From positions 320,001 through 384,000 of the forward strand of contig JAHPZE010000001.1 of assembly GCA_019058365.1 (NCBI GenBank): a DNA stretch of 64,000 nt, given 5' to 3'. Numbering within the stretch: the first letter of the stretch is position 1; the number at the start of each line of letters is the position of its first letter. The translations under genes and the position numbers were made by a program. The notes under the pieces were generated by a model, which did not search any database, was not told the origin of the DNA, and was given only the letters and a program-made list of their open reading frames with translations. Shown piece after piece: positions 41,452 to 51,626 of the stretch. Origin of the DNA: Promethearchaeota archaeon. GTDB lineage: Archaea > Asgardarchaeota > Lokiarchaeia > Sigyniarchaeales > SOKP01.

Positions 41452-41805
41452 TCACATGTTTGTACGATTGGAGGATCGACTTGCCGAATTATGTTCAAAA
41501 AGAAAATTCTTTATAAGTCTCTTTTTTTCTCTTTTTTTAATTTTAAGTTGCTCTCTGGTTAATGAGGCATATAGCCTTTGAATAAGTTCATCTCGTTTTT
41601 GGGTGTTCTCTTGAGTTTCCCTCTCAAACTTGGCTTTTAACCGAATATACTTTTTTTCAAGCATGGGAACAAACTCGATAAGATCAGAAAAGTCGTTTTT
41701 CTCTCTTGCGATCTGTAAGCCTTTTCCGATTGAGCTTTTTGGTAAAATTCCCTTATGAGTGTTAATAAGGTCTTCTGCTCTCTGGAAATTTACTAAGTCT
41801 TGGAT
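41452..41805 (-). pseudogene. Hypothetical gene fragment in a higher-GC accessory segment
   Basis: Frame open about 47 codons upstream of the track ATG with no canonical start; no recognisable family. Confidence 0.3.
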
Positions 41806-41917
41806 TTATAAAGCCTGACAATTTAGATTAATAAATTCTCCCACACTTAATATTTAAATAGGTTTTTTTCCTTTTCTTTTATAATAAAAGGCAATATTTT
41901 ATAGTATAGAGCATTGT

Positions 41918-43000
41918 ATGTTAGACTTCAATTATTATTTCATTGAGCCGTGCGAGCTTGTCGCTATCGTGTATCAGCCAGATGGCATAACTGAGCTGGG
42001 CAGGTATTCGTTTCGGGGATATATGAGAGGTATGGATCATTTCTTTCAAGTTTGCAGTCTTTTAGCCTACGAGGCGGTCCATCCAAATCGTTTTCACGAT
42101 ACAGATTTTGAGAACTATTTGAGCACTATTCGAGCTTTTTATAGTGCGTACGTAAAAAGTGGAGAATCGATCAATTTAGAGAGTGCAGTTCAACAGCGCA
42201 TTGAAGAATTAAAGCAATATAAATTTAAGGCTCAAAGGATATTTCCATTTCTGCCAGATTCGAGTGCTACATGGGCTGATCGCAAACAATTCGAAATTAC
42301 CATTGACTATATTTTCAGAAAGATAAAGAAAATGCGCCAGCAGCGTATTCTTTTTTATGAACGCATCTTACAGGAATATATGGCACAAAAAGATCAATAT
42401 AACCAGCGTTTGCAGGAGTATTTAAAGAATGATGATAAGAAATTTGTTAATACAGCTGTTGAATTTGATACTAATTCAATCCTATCTGAGCTTGGAATTG
42501 ATTCTGAAAACCACGGTAATGGTGGATTACATGAGAAGTATTATGAAATCTACAGCGCATCTTGGTATCTTAAAGATTTATTGAACCTTGAGAATCCTGA
42601 AATTGAAAGATATACTAAAAGGCTTCCTCGTTATCGTTCTGGTAAAATACACACGTATCCAGAAGGATTAAAAGCTTATTTTGAGTTGTTCTCCGTTTTT
42701 AAAGACGAGATGAGCCTTATTCTACCAGATGAGCCTGATAAGAGCTTTTTTGAAAGGGTCTTAACGGTTCTCTCCCGAGATTTTGGCGACGATTTTGAAC
42801 AGCACGGTGATTTGGAAGAGGTAATTGTCAAACACATTGAAGAACTCGAAAAATATGAGTTCCTTTCGCTTCCAAAAGAACAGTTTTTCGACAAACTTTC
42901 CAAAATGATTTATGACCTTCGAGCTCGACGCATTGCCTTCTATGAAGCCGTGCTTGCGGATTATTTGGCTAACAAGGAGAAGTATGACAATGCCATGTAA
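41918..43000 (+). CDS. Hypothetical helical protein with internal duplication
   Basis: 360 aa; RIEELKQYKF..RILFYERILQEY repeated as HIEELEKYEF..RIAFYEAVLADY; visibly higher GC. Confidence 0.7.
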   Translation: MLDFNYYFIEPCELVAIVYQPDGITELGRYSFRGYMRGMDHFFQVCSLLAYEAVHPNRFHDTDFENYLSTIRAFYSAYVKSGESINLESAVQQRIEELKQYKFKAQRIFPFLPDSSATWADRKQFEITIDYIFRKIKKMRQQRILFYERILQEYMAQKDQYNQRLQEYLKNDDKKFVNTAVEFDTNSILSELGIDSENHGNGGLHEKYYEIYSASWYLKDLLNLENPEIERYTKRLPRYRSGKIHTYPEGLKAYFELFSVFKDEMSLILPDEPDKSFFERVLTVLSRDFGDDFEQHGDLEEVIVKHIEELEKYEFLSLPKEQFFDKLSKMIYDLRARRIAFYEAVLADYLANKEKYDNAM

Positions 43001-43325
43001 TAAGGTGCTATTTAAATTCTATTCAAAATGAGGTCATTCAAATCTCTTTTTAGTATAGAACTAGGGTAGACATTGAATAAGTTAGATTTAAGATATAATT
43101 ATTAATGTCACGTCCATCATACATTCTGGCTTTCACCCTCCTTGTAAAACTTTATTAATACGTTCCATCCGACAATATTCACTTACAAGGGATTCAGAAC
43201 TAATAAATAAGGAAGAATCTACCCTTTTCTTACACTATCGACAATATCTAAAGATGATATATTCAGATTTTCCTATTTCTGACATTTTTTCCATTTTATT
43301 ATTCAAATTTGATTAAATTAAAATT

Positions 43326-43349
43326 AAAAGGGGAGAGACTCTCCCTTTT
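43326..43349. terminator. GC-stem hairpin with A/T tails, terminator-like
   Basis: AAAAGGGGAGA-GAC-TCTCCCTTTT inverted repeat. Confidence 0.4.
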
Positions 43350-43545
43350 GAATTGTTAAATTAATTAACTTTTTTACGCTAATGATCATTAATGTAAGAA
43401 AAAATTGTTTGAGTTTTGATTTGGATTCAAAGCGATCACTTCTTAAATCGTCGTATAAGGTTAAAAGGTATTCTAATCCTAATGAACTTGTTAAGATATT
43501 TGGTTAACTTTTTAAAATCTAATAATTTTTAAAAAAAAATTTCTT

Positions 43546-43731
43546 TTAAAATTCGGAAGTGTTAATGAATTCAAAACCGCAATTTATACAAAAACGCTGA
43601 GTATCTCGCATAATCTCTTACCCGCATACTGCATAGATCTTAACGACTTCTTGTAGGTCTTCTGATAATTCTGATTCTTCACTATAGAGAGGTATAACTT
43701 CTTGAGAAAGCTCCGGAAGGTCGAATCTTAG
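43546..43731 (-). pseudogene. Remnant of a gene with C-terminal zinc ribbon
   Basis: ...QEVVKIYAVCG*EIMRDTQRFCINCGFEF; internal TAA, no N-terminus. Confidence 0.45.
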
Positions 43732-43771
43732 GGATTATCCACATCTTTCTTTGAGAAGAAGAGGAGATTCT

Positions 43772-43852
43772 ATGAAAATTGCGATAGATGTTGATGGAGT
43801 AATATTGGCTATGACCCCTAAAGTATATGAAATTTATAATAAAATGCTTTAA
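43772..43852 (+). pseudogene. Truncated HAD-family (nucleotidase-like) N-terminus
   Basis: GAGGAG SD + MKIAIDVDGVI (HAD motif I), stop after 26 aa. Confidence 0.55.
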
Positions 43853-43954
43853 GGCATTTTTAATAATTAATGACAAAAATGGAAATCTTTAAATAAATAA
43901 GATTACTTAAATGTAAAAATTATCAAATTATATTAAAAAATAAAAAATTTAAAG

Positions 43955-44335
43955 GTGAGTAAAATAACCGATATAGACGCGAATGATGATGCGATTAAAC
44001 GATTAGGAAAATTAGTACCTGTATATATAATCTCACTTTTAGGGTTTGTTTCATCATTTTTTCAACCCCTCTATAATGAAGGTCCAGTGTATGCTCAAAT
44101 TGCCATATATATCACGATAATAGCTTCTGTAGTACTTACCATCGTAATTGAACATTGGATTAGAGATGTAAATAATATTCTGCAACTTATACTTGCAGCA
44201 TTAAGTGGGGCACTCTGGTTATTTCTTATTAATTTAAGATATTTCGATTATCAGAATATAACTATGTTATTTATACAATTCGGGATTTCTTTATATACTG
44301 GTATATTAGGCCTTGTTTCTTCGCTTATGAAGTAA
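43955..44335 (+). CDS. Hypothetical 4-TM membrane protein
   Basis: 126 aa, four hydrophobic helices, RLGKLVP motif. Confidence 0.65.
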   Translation: MSKITDIDANDDAIKRLGKLVPVYIISLLGFVSSFFQPLYNEGPVYAQIAIYITIIASVVLTIVIEHWIRDVNNILQLILAALSGALWLFLINLRYFDYQNITMLFIQFGISLYTGILGLVSSLMK

Positions 44336-44443
44336 GATTATAAATCATCTACAAAAATTTTTTTTTTTGCCCTATTCTCTGTTAAAATTTTCTCCCTCCT
44401 CCATAGTACCTCCTCCTAAAAGAATAAGAAATGAGAGATGAAT

Positions 44444-44863
44444 TTAGATCTTTAAAAAATCAGTTTTTTTAATTAAGTCTTCTGTCGTGAACACTGTTAT
44501 TTCTTCTTGGTTTTGTTTTAATCTTCTATCATTTGACCATATATAAGATTTAAGTGCCAATGCAAGAGCCACATATATTGTATCTTTAGGATCGGGAGAG
44601 ATTTTTCCAGCTTTATCCATAAAAGGGATTATCTCCTTTTTTGAAATAACCGTGATCTGCTCTTTTAATAAATCTAAGAATTGGTTAAATTCTTTACGGG
44701 ATCGGTGAGTCTTCTTGAGAATGAGTTCTTCATATTTAGCAAATTCGTTGAATAAGAATTCGGGAGCAAAAAGTTGTAATTTATCGTTAATTATGAGCTC
44801 AGCAGTCGATCCCTTTTTTATTAAAGCAGCAAAAAGGATATTAGCATCAACAACTAATTTCAT
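44444..44863 (-). CDS. vapC: PIN-domain toxin (VapC)
   Basis: LVVDANIL, E, DPKD..YVALAL and WSND acidic tetrad. Confidence 0.88.
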   Translation of the reverse strand: MKLVVDANILFAALIKKGSTAELIINDKLQLFAPEFLFNEFAKYEELILKKTHRSRKEFNQFLDLLKEQITVISKKEIIPFMDKAGKISPDPKDTIYVALALALKSYIWSNDRRLKQNQEEITVFTTEDLIKKTDFLKI

Positions 44864-44866
44864 TTT

Positions 44867-45091
44867 TTATTCGCTCTTATAGTGTTTTAATAAGAGTTCA
44901 CTTATTTCTCTTCCAAGATTTAAAGCGTCTTCTGGAGATATTTCACTATCAATTCGAAAAGTTTTCATAAAATTTAATTGTGCAATCTTTTTTTTGATTG
45001 AATCTCTTGCTACTTCAGACCAATTAATTTCTGGGAAATCTTCCATCATTTTTTTTAATTCATTGGGAATTGATAAAGTTAGATTTGCCAT
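44867..45091 (-). CDS. vapB: RHH/CopG-type antitoxin (VapB)
   Basis: MANLTLSIP.ELK..M..FPEINWSEVAR; directly upstream of the PIN gene. Confidence 0.82.
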   Translation of the reverse strand: MANLTLSIPNELKKMMEDFPEINWSEVARDSIKKKIAQLNFMKTFRIDSEISPEDALNLGREISELLLKHYKSE

Positions 45092-45384
45092 TTTAATTTT
45101 AGTTTGTATATTTTTTATTATGTGAATATATGTGAATACACATATTAATAATTATCCAGAAATTATTTTTTATAAAAATAAAATATTCTTGAATTTTACT
45201 AATAATGTAAAATTTACTTATTATTCCCTTTATTGCCCTCCCCCGTGATGCCTTCCTCCTAAAAAGTTAAATTATCAACTAATACCTTGTTTTAGGGGTC
45301 TAAAATGAAGTATTTTTTAAATTCCTTGATAAATAATCAAATACTCCAACAATTTTGTAACCCAATACTTCAAGAATCTATAAA

Positions 45385-45888
45385 CTATGAATCAATTGAT
45401 TTAAGACTCTTTAAATCTTCTGAGAGGTCATTGAACCAAAAACGGAAGTTCTCATTAATCTCTCTTATTTTTCTGATTAAAAAGGGGATTGTATTAATTT
45501 GATCAAAAAATGAACTATCCATGGTAATAATACAATCACATTCACAAATAGCAGTGGCAAAAATTAAGCAATCAATTGTATCATTATGAATTGTTTTTAA
45601 TTGAGATGCCAATTCAATAATTAATGGATTATCCGTAAACGATTTTTTTGTTTGGCGTATGTCGTTTTGAATGGCATCAATTCCAATCCTTATATCTTGT
45701 GATGTTACTCTATTTTTTTGAGATGAAAGCTTTAATCCCTTCGCTGTGAGTTCAAAAATAGTTAGATTTGAGTAAAAATATTCATTAGATGTTTTGGATA
45801 AGAGATTGACCAAGACAGTTTGAGGAATATTTTCAATCCCGATTTTAATGAGGGGTAGAAAGTAAGAAGTATCAATAAGAATCTTCAT
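45385..45888 (-). CDS. vapC: PIN-domain toxin (VapC)
   Basis: ILIDTSY, FE, DTIDCLIFATA and ITMD. Confidence 0.82.
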   Translation of the reverse strand: MKILIDTSYFLPLIKIGIENIPQTVLVNLLSKTSNEYFYSNLTIFELTAKGLKLSSQKNRVTSQDIRIGIDAIQNDIRQTKKSFTDNPLIIELASQLKTIHNDTIDCLIFATAICECDCIITMDSSFFDQINTIPFLIRKIREINENFRFWFNDLSEDLKSLKSIDS

Positions 45889-46136
45889 AATTCATAGTCT
45901 TCAGTCAATTCCTCCTTAAATTGTTTCCATGCATGATAACTTATTTTAGTTTTAGGCGGAGTATTTAATATTTCTTCTATAGAATGAAGTTTTCTTATGA
46001 TTAATTGATCTTGATGAGTATATAATAAAATAGGCTGATTAGGTTCAAATCCGAGTCTTTTTCTAATTTCCTTGGGAGGAAAAATTTCTCCTTTTGATCC
46101 AATTTTTAAAACTATTGCATCAGAATGAGTTGTCAT
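45885..46136 (-). CDS. vapB: AbrB/MazE-type antitoxin
   Basis: KIGSKGEIFPPKEIRKRLG; ATGA overlap with the PIN gene. Confidence 0.82.
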   Translation of the reverse strand: MTTHSDAIVLKIGSKGEIFPPKEIRKRLGFEPNQPILLYTHQDQLIIRKLHSIEEILNTPPKTKISYHAWKQFKEELTEDYEL

Positions 46137-46420
46137 GATAAAGTAATATATACTCGAAATATTTAAATTTTTCGAGTCAATAAAATTTTACTTATTTTAC
46201 CATCTCCCTCCCCCGCGGTGTCTCTTGTTAAAAGGATGTTAAGAGATTAAGTGAAAAAAGCTTTCACTTTTATTTTTCCGACTAGTTTATCCAACATCAC
46301 TTAGGATATCAGAAAAAATCTCTCTCATACCTTTAAATTCTTTTTGTTATTTAAGACTAGAAAGGAGTTCAAGTTTCTAATTTTTAATGCAAGACATGAT
46401 AATGATTTTACTGTTAAAAT

Positions 46421-48574
46421 TTATAAATTTGTCAGAAAGAAAAATCCCCAATTCAGTATTCCTCCGATTAATAAAGCAAATCCTATTTCCAGACCAGCTA
46501 TTTGTAAAGCATATTTCCAATTAGTCTCTTTAGCAATTATAACTATAGTAGCAAAGCACGGGATGTAAAGCATTGTTACTAAACTAAATACAATCATCTG
46601 GAAGGGAGAAAGTAATCCTAAAAGAGTTGCGCTCATAGAATTTGCTAATAAAGCTAATAAAACTAATGTTAATTCCTTCCTGAGAATCCCATATATTAAA
46701 AAGATACCAGTAATAGGAGGTAAACCTAACCAGAAAACAGTAATTGGTGATAAAATAAGATTGACAGGATCTAATAATCGAAACATAAATAAAATCTCCA
46801 ATATAACTCCTGATACAATAATAATGGGCATTGCTTTATAGACGAATTCTTTAGTTCTTACCCAAGTTTGTTTTATAATTACGGAATAATTTGGAACACG
46901 ATATTCATGCATTTCCATTATTAGTTCTGTACATTCACCAGGTAAAATCTTATTCAATATTTTGCCGACAATTATTATTACAATAAAATTTATCCCAAAT
47001 AATATCAACACCCAAGTTACACCTAAGTATCGTCCTACTAATCCTAACACTACAGTCATTACCGCTGCACATGGAATTAAAGATGTTAAAGCAATTGAGA
47101 TTTTCTTTTCTCGTTCAGTTTCCATTATTCTACATCCAGTACAGGCGGGAACATTACATCCAAACCCTAATATCATAGGGATGATTGTTTTCCCATGGAC
47201 ACCTAAGAAATGCATGAATCTATCCATGAGATATGCTGCTCGTGGTAGATAGCCCGAATCCTGCAAAATTTCGATAATTAAAAAGAAAGGAATAACATAC
47301 ACCAAAACACCACCCACTGCTCCAAAAATGCCTCCTACGCCGCCTTCCCAAAATATCTTAACCCCCAAATCATTCTCACTGTAGATCTTATAAATAAAAC
47401 TACTCAAACCGTTAAAAATATCTTCAATTTTTCCTCCAAGGAAATTTCCAATAATGAAAGTAAAGGTATATATTCCTATAAGGATTAAAATTAAGATAAT
47501 ATAACCCCAAACAGAATGTGTAGTTATATGATCTAATCTCTCAGCCCAAATAATTCTTTTTTCATCATGAGCTTTAACAATGACAACTTCTTCAATAATT
47601 TTATGTATATTTGTATAAATTTCAGAAGAGATGATTGTACTTATATCTTCTCCATGTAATTCTTCTAATTCTTTTCGATAATTTTCTGCTAAATCAATTA
47701 TATATGTGGTTTCTTGGTTAACTTTAAATATTTTTTCAATTTCTTCATCGTTTTCTATAAGCTTAATAGCTAAGAATCTTGAAGGGTAATTAAATCTTGA
47801 AAAATGTTCTGAATATGATTCAATGTTTTTAATTAAATCATTTACTCTAGTTTCTACTTCTTTACCATATGTTAATATTGAATATAAATCTGGAAACTGG
47901 AAATCTTTTTTAGTAGATGAATGATTTTTAATTTTTTTATCATCATGAGAAAGTTCTTCATGAATTTTTTTTCCATCCTGATTATAATGTGAAGTAGGCT
48001 GGTGATAAACTACTAATTCAATTGCTTCTTCAAGTAATTGGTGAACTCCCTTACCATGAACGGCTACAACAGGAATAACGGGCAATTTGAAAATTTCTTC
48101 TAGCTTTTTAAAATTTAATATTAGATTTCTTTTTAATAAGATATCCATCTGATTAATAGCTAGTATCATTGGCACTTTTAGTTCTAATAGTTGAAATGTA
48201 AAAAATAAATTGCGTTCTAGATTTGTCGCATCTATTACATTAATAATAACATCTACTTCTTCTGAGACTATATACTCTCTACTAATAATTTCTTCTAGCG
48301 AGTAGGTTGACAGGGAATAAATTCCTGGTAAATCTACAATATTAAATCGATACCCTAAAAAATTCAAATTCCCTTCCATTTTTTCTACAGTTTTTCCAGG
48401 CCAATTTCCTATAGTTTGAGAAAGTCCTGTAAGTTGATTAAAAATTACCGATTTTCCAACATTTGCATTACCAGCTAAAGCAATATTAATAATACTTTTA
48501 AAATTCTTAGTTTCTTTTTTTTGCTTATTTACTGATTTAATGATTCTCATTTTTCTCAACAAAAAGATAACCAA
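46421..48574 (-). CDS. feoB: Ferrous iron transporter FeoB
   Basis: GNANVGKS, GNWPGKTVE, DLPGIYSL, DSGYLPRAA, GFGCNVP and LYIPC. Confidence 0.95.
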   Translation of the reverse strand: MVIFLLRKMRIIKSVNKQKKETKNFKSIINIALAGNANVGKSVIFNQLTGLSQTIGNWPGKTVEKMEGNLNFLGYRFNIVDLPGIYSLSTYSLEEIISREYIVSEEVDVIINVIDATNLERNLFFTFQLLELKVPMILAINQMDILLKRNLILNFKKLEEIFKLPVIPVVAVHGKGVHQLLEEAIELVVYHQPTSHYNQDGKKIHEELSHDDKKIKNHSSTKKDFQFPDLYSILTYGKEVETRVNDLIKNIESYSEHFSRFNYPSRFLAIKLIENDEEIEKIFKVNQETTYIIDLAENYRKELEELHGEDISTIISSEIYTNIHKIIEEVVIVKAHDEKRIIWAERLDHITTHSVWGYIILILILIGIYTFTFIIGNFLGGKIEDIFNGLSSFIYKIYSENDLGVKIFWEGGVGGIFGAVGGVLVYVIPFFLIIEILQDSGYLPRAAYLMDRFMHFLGVHGKTIIPMILGFGCNVPACTGCRIMETEREKKISIALTSLIPCAAVMTVVLGLVGRYLGVTWVLILFGINFIVIIIVGKILNKILPGECTELIMEMHEYRVPNYSVIIKQTWVRTKEFVYKAMPIIIVSGVILEILFMFRLLDPVNLILSPITVFWLGLPPITGIFLIYGILRKELTLVLLALLANSMSATLLGLLSPFQMIVFSLVTMLYIPCFATIVIIAKETNWKYALQIAGLEIGFALLIGGILNWGFFFLTNL

Positions 48575-48610
48575 TATATTAATGAAAAAATTATTAGTTT
48601 GTTTTAAAAA

Positions 48611-48901
48611 TTATTTAGAATTTTCAGGTATAACAATTATTCTAGCTGCTAACCCTCTTCCAATTACTAATAAAGATCCTTTCACGATTATTTCAATAGG
48701 CCCTCGAAAAGGAGCAGCTTTTCTTTTTATGATTATAACACCTGGAATAATTCCTAAATTAGCAAGTCTTCTTTTAGCATGGTAACCTGCATCTACTCTT
48801 AATACTTTAAGTTTTTCACCAATTGTACAATCCATCAAACGTTTTATCAAATGTATACCCTTGTTATACTCTTGAAAAGATTTTTTGAATTTTGAATCCA
48901 T
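48611..48901 (-). CDS. feoA: Ferrous iron transport protein FeoA
   Basis: RRLANLGIIPG...APFRGPI..IGRG.A. Confidence 0.92.
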   Translation of the reverse strand: MDSKFKKSFQEYNKGIHLIKRLMDCTIGEKLKVLRVDAGYHAKRRLANLGIIPGVIIIKRKAAPFRGPIEIIVKGSLLVIGRGLAARIIVIPENSK

Positions 48902-48968
48902 GATAATTATTAGTTGATAAAAACTTTTTTTCTCAATTAAATTATGTATTTTCTCATTTATAAAGTTA

Positions 48969-48982
48969 TTAGTTATACCTAA
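48969..48982. promoter_or_regulatory. DtxR-family-like operator upstream of feoAB
   Basis: TTAGTTATACCTAA matches TTAGG-N4-CCTAA with one mismatch; DtxR gene nearby. Confidence 0.55.
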
Positions 48983-49298
48983 AAAAAGAGGTTTTTTCTT
49001 TAGTTTCTTATAGCTATTTATAGAATAAAGAAAATAATTAACCTAAAAATAATAAGTGAATTCCATAATTCGCAAAATTAAAGAAATCGTAAAGATTCTC
49101 TACATATTATTATAAGACAATGAAAGAAAAATTTTAATAGAATTATTCTGAATAATGATTCATAATAGAATTCTTTCTAAATGCATTCTATTCAAAAATG
49201 GAGGATAATGAATAATCATTCAATAACATTTAAAAGTTACCATTACTTATATTTAATTAAAAAAAAATAATAAAATTTTAAGAGGTGAAAGAATCAAT

Positions 49299-49679
49299 AT
49301 GCCATGGGGAGATAGAACTGGACCAAGAGGATTAGGTCCAATGACAGGCAGAGCTTTAGGATATTGTTCGGGTTATGATACACCAGGATATACAAAAGGT
49401 CCTGGAATGGGTTTTGGTCGTGGCTGGGGTGGTGGTAGAGGTTGGGGACGTGGTAGAGGATTAGGGTATGGTAGAGCTTGGGGTGGGGGTTATAGAAGTC
49501 CTGTTTATGCTCCTGCTTATACATCATATACACCTGGAGTTATTCCACAAATTAGTCCAGAAAATCAATTATCAATGCTAAAACAAGAAAAAAGTTACCT
49601 AGAATCAGAAATGAATGGTATTAAAAGCTCGTTAGACGATATCTCTAAAAGAATTGCTGAATTGGAAAAAGAAGAATAA
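49299..49679 (+). CDS. DUF5320-family Gly/Arg-rich protein
   Basis: MPWGDRTGPRGLGPMTGR..GYC, GRG repeats, C-terminal coiled coil. Confidence 0.85.
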   Translation: MPWGDRTGPRGLGPMTGRALGYCSGYDTPGYTKGPGMGFGRGWGGGRGWGRGRGLGYGRAWGGGYRSPVYAPAYTSYTPGVIPQISPENQLSMLKQEKSYLESEMNGIKSSLDDISKRIAELEKEE

Positions 49680-49722
49680 TTCTTTTTTATTTTTTTTTAC
49701 TTTTTAAGAGGTAGATGGCCAA

Positions 49723-50103
49723 ATGATTGAGATTCATGAAAGTTATGAAAATTATTTAAAAGCAATATATTTAATCTCTAAAAGAAATAAAGGTGGGTGG
49801 GTATGCAATTCAGAGATTTCAAATTACCTAAATGTTAAACCCCCTTCTGTAACTGACATGTTATATAAATTAAAGGCAGGAGACTTAATAGATTGGAGTC
49901 CAAGAAAATCTTTAAGATTAACGAAAAAAGGAAAAATAATCGCTCAAGATGTAATTAAAAGCTATAAGAATTTATGTAATTTTTTTAGGAATGTTTTAAA
50001 AATAGAAAACAGAAATTTAATAAAAAAATTATCTTGTGAAATTGAGCATCATTTAACTCCAGAAGTATCTGATGCTTTAGAAGATCTACTTCTTGAATAT
50101 TAG
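49723..50103 (+). CDS. DtxR/MntR-family metal-dependent regulator
   Basis: ENYLKAIY, VKPPSVTDML, LTKKG and CEIEHH. Confidence 0.9.
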   Translation: MIEIHESYENYLKAIYLISKRNKGGWVCNSEISNYLNVKPPSVTDMLYKLKAGDLIDWSPRKSLRLTKKGKIIAQDVIKSYKNLCNFFRNVLKIENRNLIKKLSCEIEHHLTPEVSDALEDLLLEY

Positions 50104-50129
50104 TAAAATTTAATTTTATATTTATAAAA

Positions 50130-51077
50130 TCAATTCTTATCCTTATTTAAATTTAATTTCCAAAAGATTTGCTTATTATAGAGAGTATCTATAATCTTTT
50201 TTTGAGATTTAAGTTTTTTTAACTGTGAAATAATTTTATCTTCATCAAAATTAGAAGAAGAAAATGTTTCAATAATTTGATCTTGCCTCATTGGATGTCT
50301 CTCTAGTATTGATAAAACTTCTTTTTCGAAATCTGATGAATAAATATTGAATTTTCCTACCTCCGGAAAATTAATATTAGTGTAATCAACGAAGATTTCA
50401 TTTAAGATTGAAAGTATGCTCTTATCAGGAATTTTTACCCATTTTTCTACTGGGGGCCTTATCGGAACATTTATATCAATTCTATCTGGTTTTATCAACT
50501 CTAGTTTTTCTTTAATTTTTAATAATTCTTCTTTTGTGTCATTAATCCCTTTCATTAACATTACTTCTATCCAAAATTTACCCATGAATTTTTTCCTAAA
50601 ATCTATAAATCCTTGAATTAGATTATTAAAGCTAATAGAGGGGTGAGGTCGATTTATTCTTATGAATGAGTTTTCATCCCAAGCATCCAAACTTGGTAGA
50701 ACTACATCTGAAGAAATTAACGCATTCTGAACTTCTTTATCATAAAGCAAACTTCCATTAGTAATCACACAAACAGGTTTTTCAGATAACTCTTTAGCTC
50801 TTATGATCAAATCCTTTAAATCTTTATATAGTGTAGGTTCCCCACTCCCTACAAATGTTATATAATCAAATTTATTTTCATTTAATTTGATTGCTTTTTC
50901 GATTTCAGTTAAAATTTCTTTCTTTGGGAAATAATTTTTCCGGATATTAGTAAAGTTGTTTGTTTTTCCTAATTGACAGTAGATACATTGAAAATTACAC
51001 GTTTTAGAAGGAATTGGATCAATCCCTAAGGATTTCCCTAATCTCCTGCTAGGAACAGGTCCATATACATATTTCAT
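50130..51077 (-). CDS. Radical SAM protein (YGPVPSRRLG family)
   Basis: CNFQCIYC, GSGEPTL and ITNGSL. Confidence 0.88.
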   Translation of the reverse strand: MKYVYGPVPSRRLGKSLGIDPIPSKTCNFQCIYCQLGKTNNFTNIRKNYFPKKEILTEIEKAIKLNENKFDYITFVGSGEPTLYKDLKDLIIRAKELSEKPVCVITNGSLLYDKEVQNALISSDVVLPSLDAWDENSFIRINRPHPSISFNNLIQGFIDFRKKFMGKFWIEVMLMKGINDTKEELLKIKEKLELIKPDRIDINVPIRPPVEKWVKIPDKSILSILNEIFVDYTNINFPEVGKFNIYSSDFEKEVLSILERHPMRQDQIIETFSSSNFDEDKIISQLKKLKSQKKIIDTLYNKQIFWKLNLNKDKN

Positions 51078-51099
51078 GTTTTTTTATTGGGAACCCATA

Positions 51100-51582
51100 T
51101 TAAGAACTTTGAATCTTGTATTTCTCAATCGCGTGTTTTAAAGTAGTTACTGCTAATTCAGCACAATGTTTATGATCATCAGGTAAGCCACCTAAAGCAT
51201 TTTCAACATCAATTGGTTGTAAATTCTCAGCAAATTCTAATGCTTGGCCTTCTACCATCATAGTAGTTTGACTTCCCGCTGCTACTGTAGCACCACAGCC
51301 ATCTGTAATAAAATTTGCTTTTTCAATTATACCTTCCTTAATCCTCAGAAAGAATTGCATTGTATCTCCACATGTTCCTTCATATGCATGCCAAACACTT
51401 ATTTCATCATCCTTTGGTTTTCCCCAATTTTTTGGATTTAGAAGTAAATCAACAATATATTTATTATACCGTTTAATTTCCTCTTCAATAATTTCTTTCT
51501 GAATTTCCTCTACCCATTTATCTAAATTGTCTAGTGGCATTTTATGATTACCTATTAAAGGCTTTTTTGATGTACAATGCAT
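51100..51582 (-). CDS. NifU/IscU-like Fe-S scaffold
   Basis: GTCGD, DGCG and HKHCA Cys triad; start may be ATG at 51540. Confidence 0.85.
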   Translation of the reverse strand: MHCTSKKPLIGNHKMPLDNLDKWVEEIQKEIIEEEIKRYNKYIVDLLLNPKNWGKPKDDEISVWHAYEGTCGDTMQFFLRIKEGIIEKANFITDGCGATVAAGSQTTMMVEGQALEFAENLQPIDVENALGGLPDDHKHCAELAVTTLKHAIEKYKIQSS

Positions 51583-51626
51583 TACTTAGGATTAAGTAAT
51601 TTTTAAAATATAAAAAAATTATTCTT

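Larger units (their letters stand above)
44394..46233 (+). repeat. Three copies of a degenerate 28-29 bp C-rich direct repeat (44394-44421, 45236-45264, 46206-46233) bracketing two TA modules
   Basis: ccctcctccatagtacctcctcctaaaa / ccctcccccgtgatgccttcctcctaaaa / ccctcccccgcggtgtctcttgttaaaa. Confidence 0.65.

Noticed and set aside
44394-46233. CRISPR array
   Set aside because: Only three degenerate copies with 800-950 bp gene-containing spacers; no cas genes
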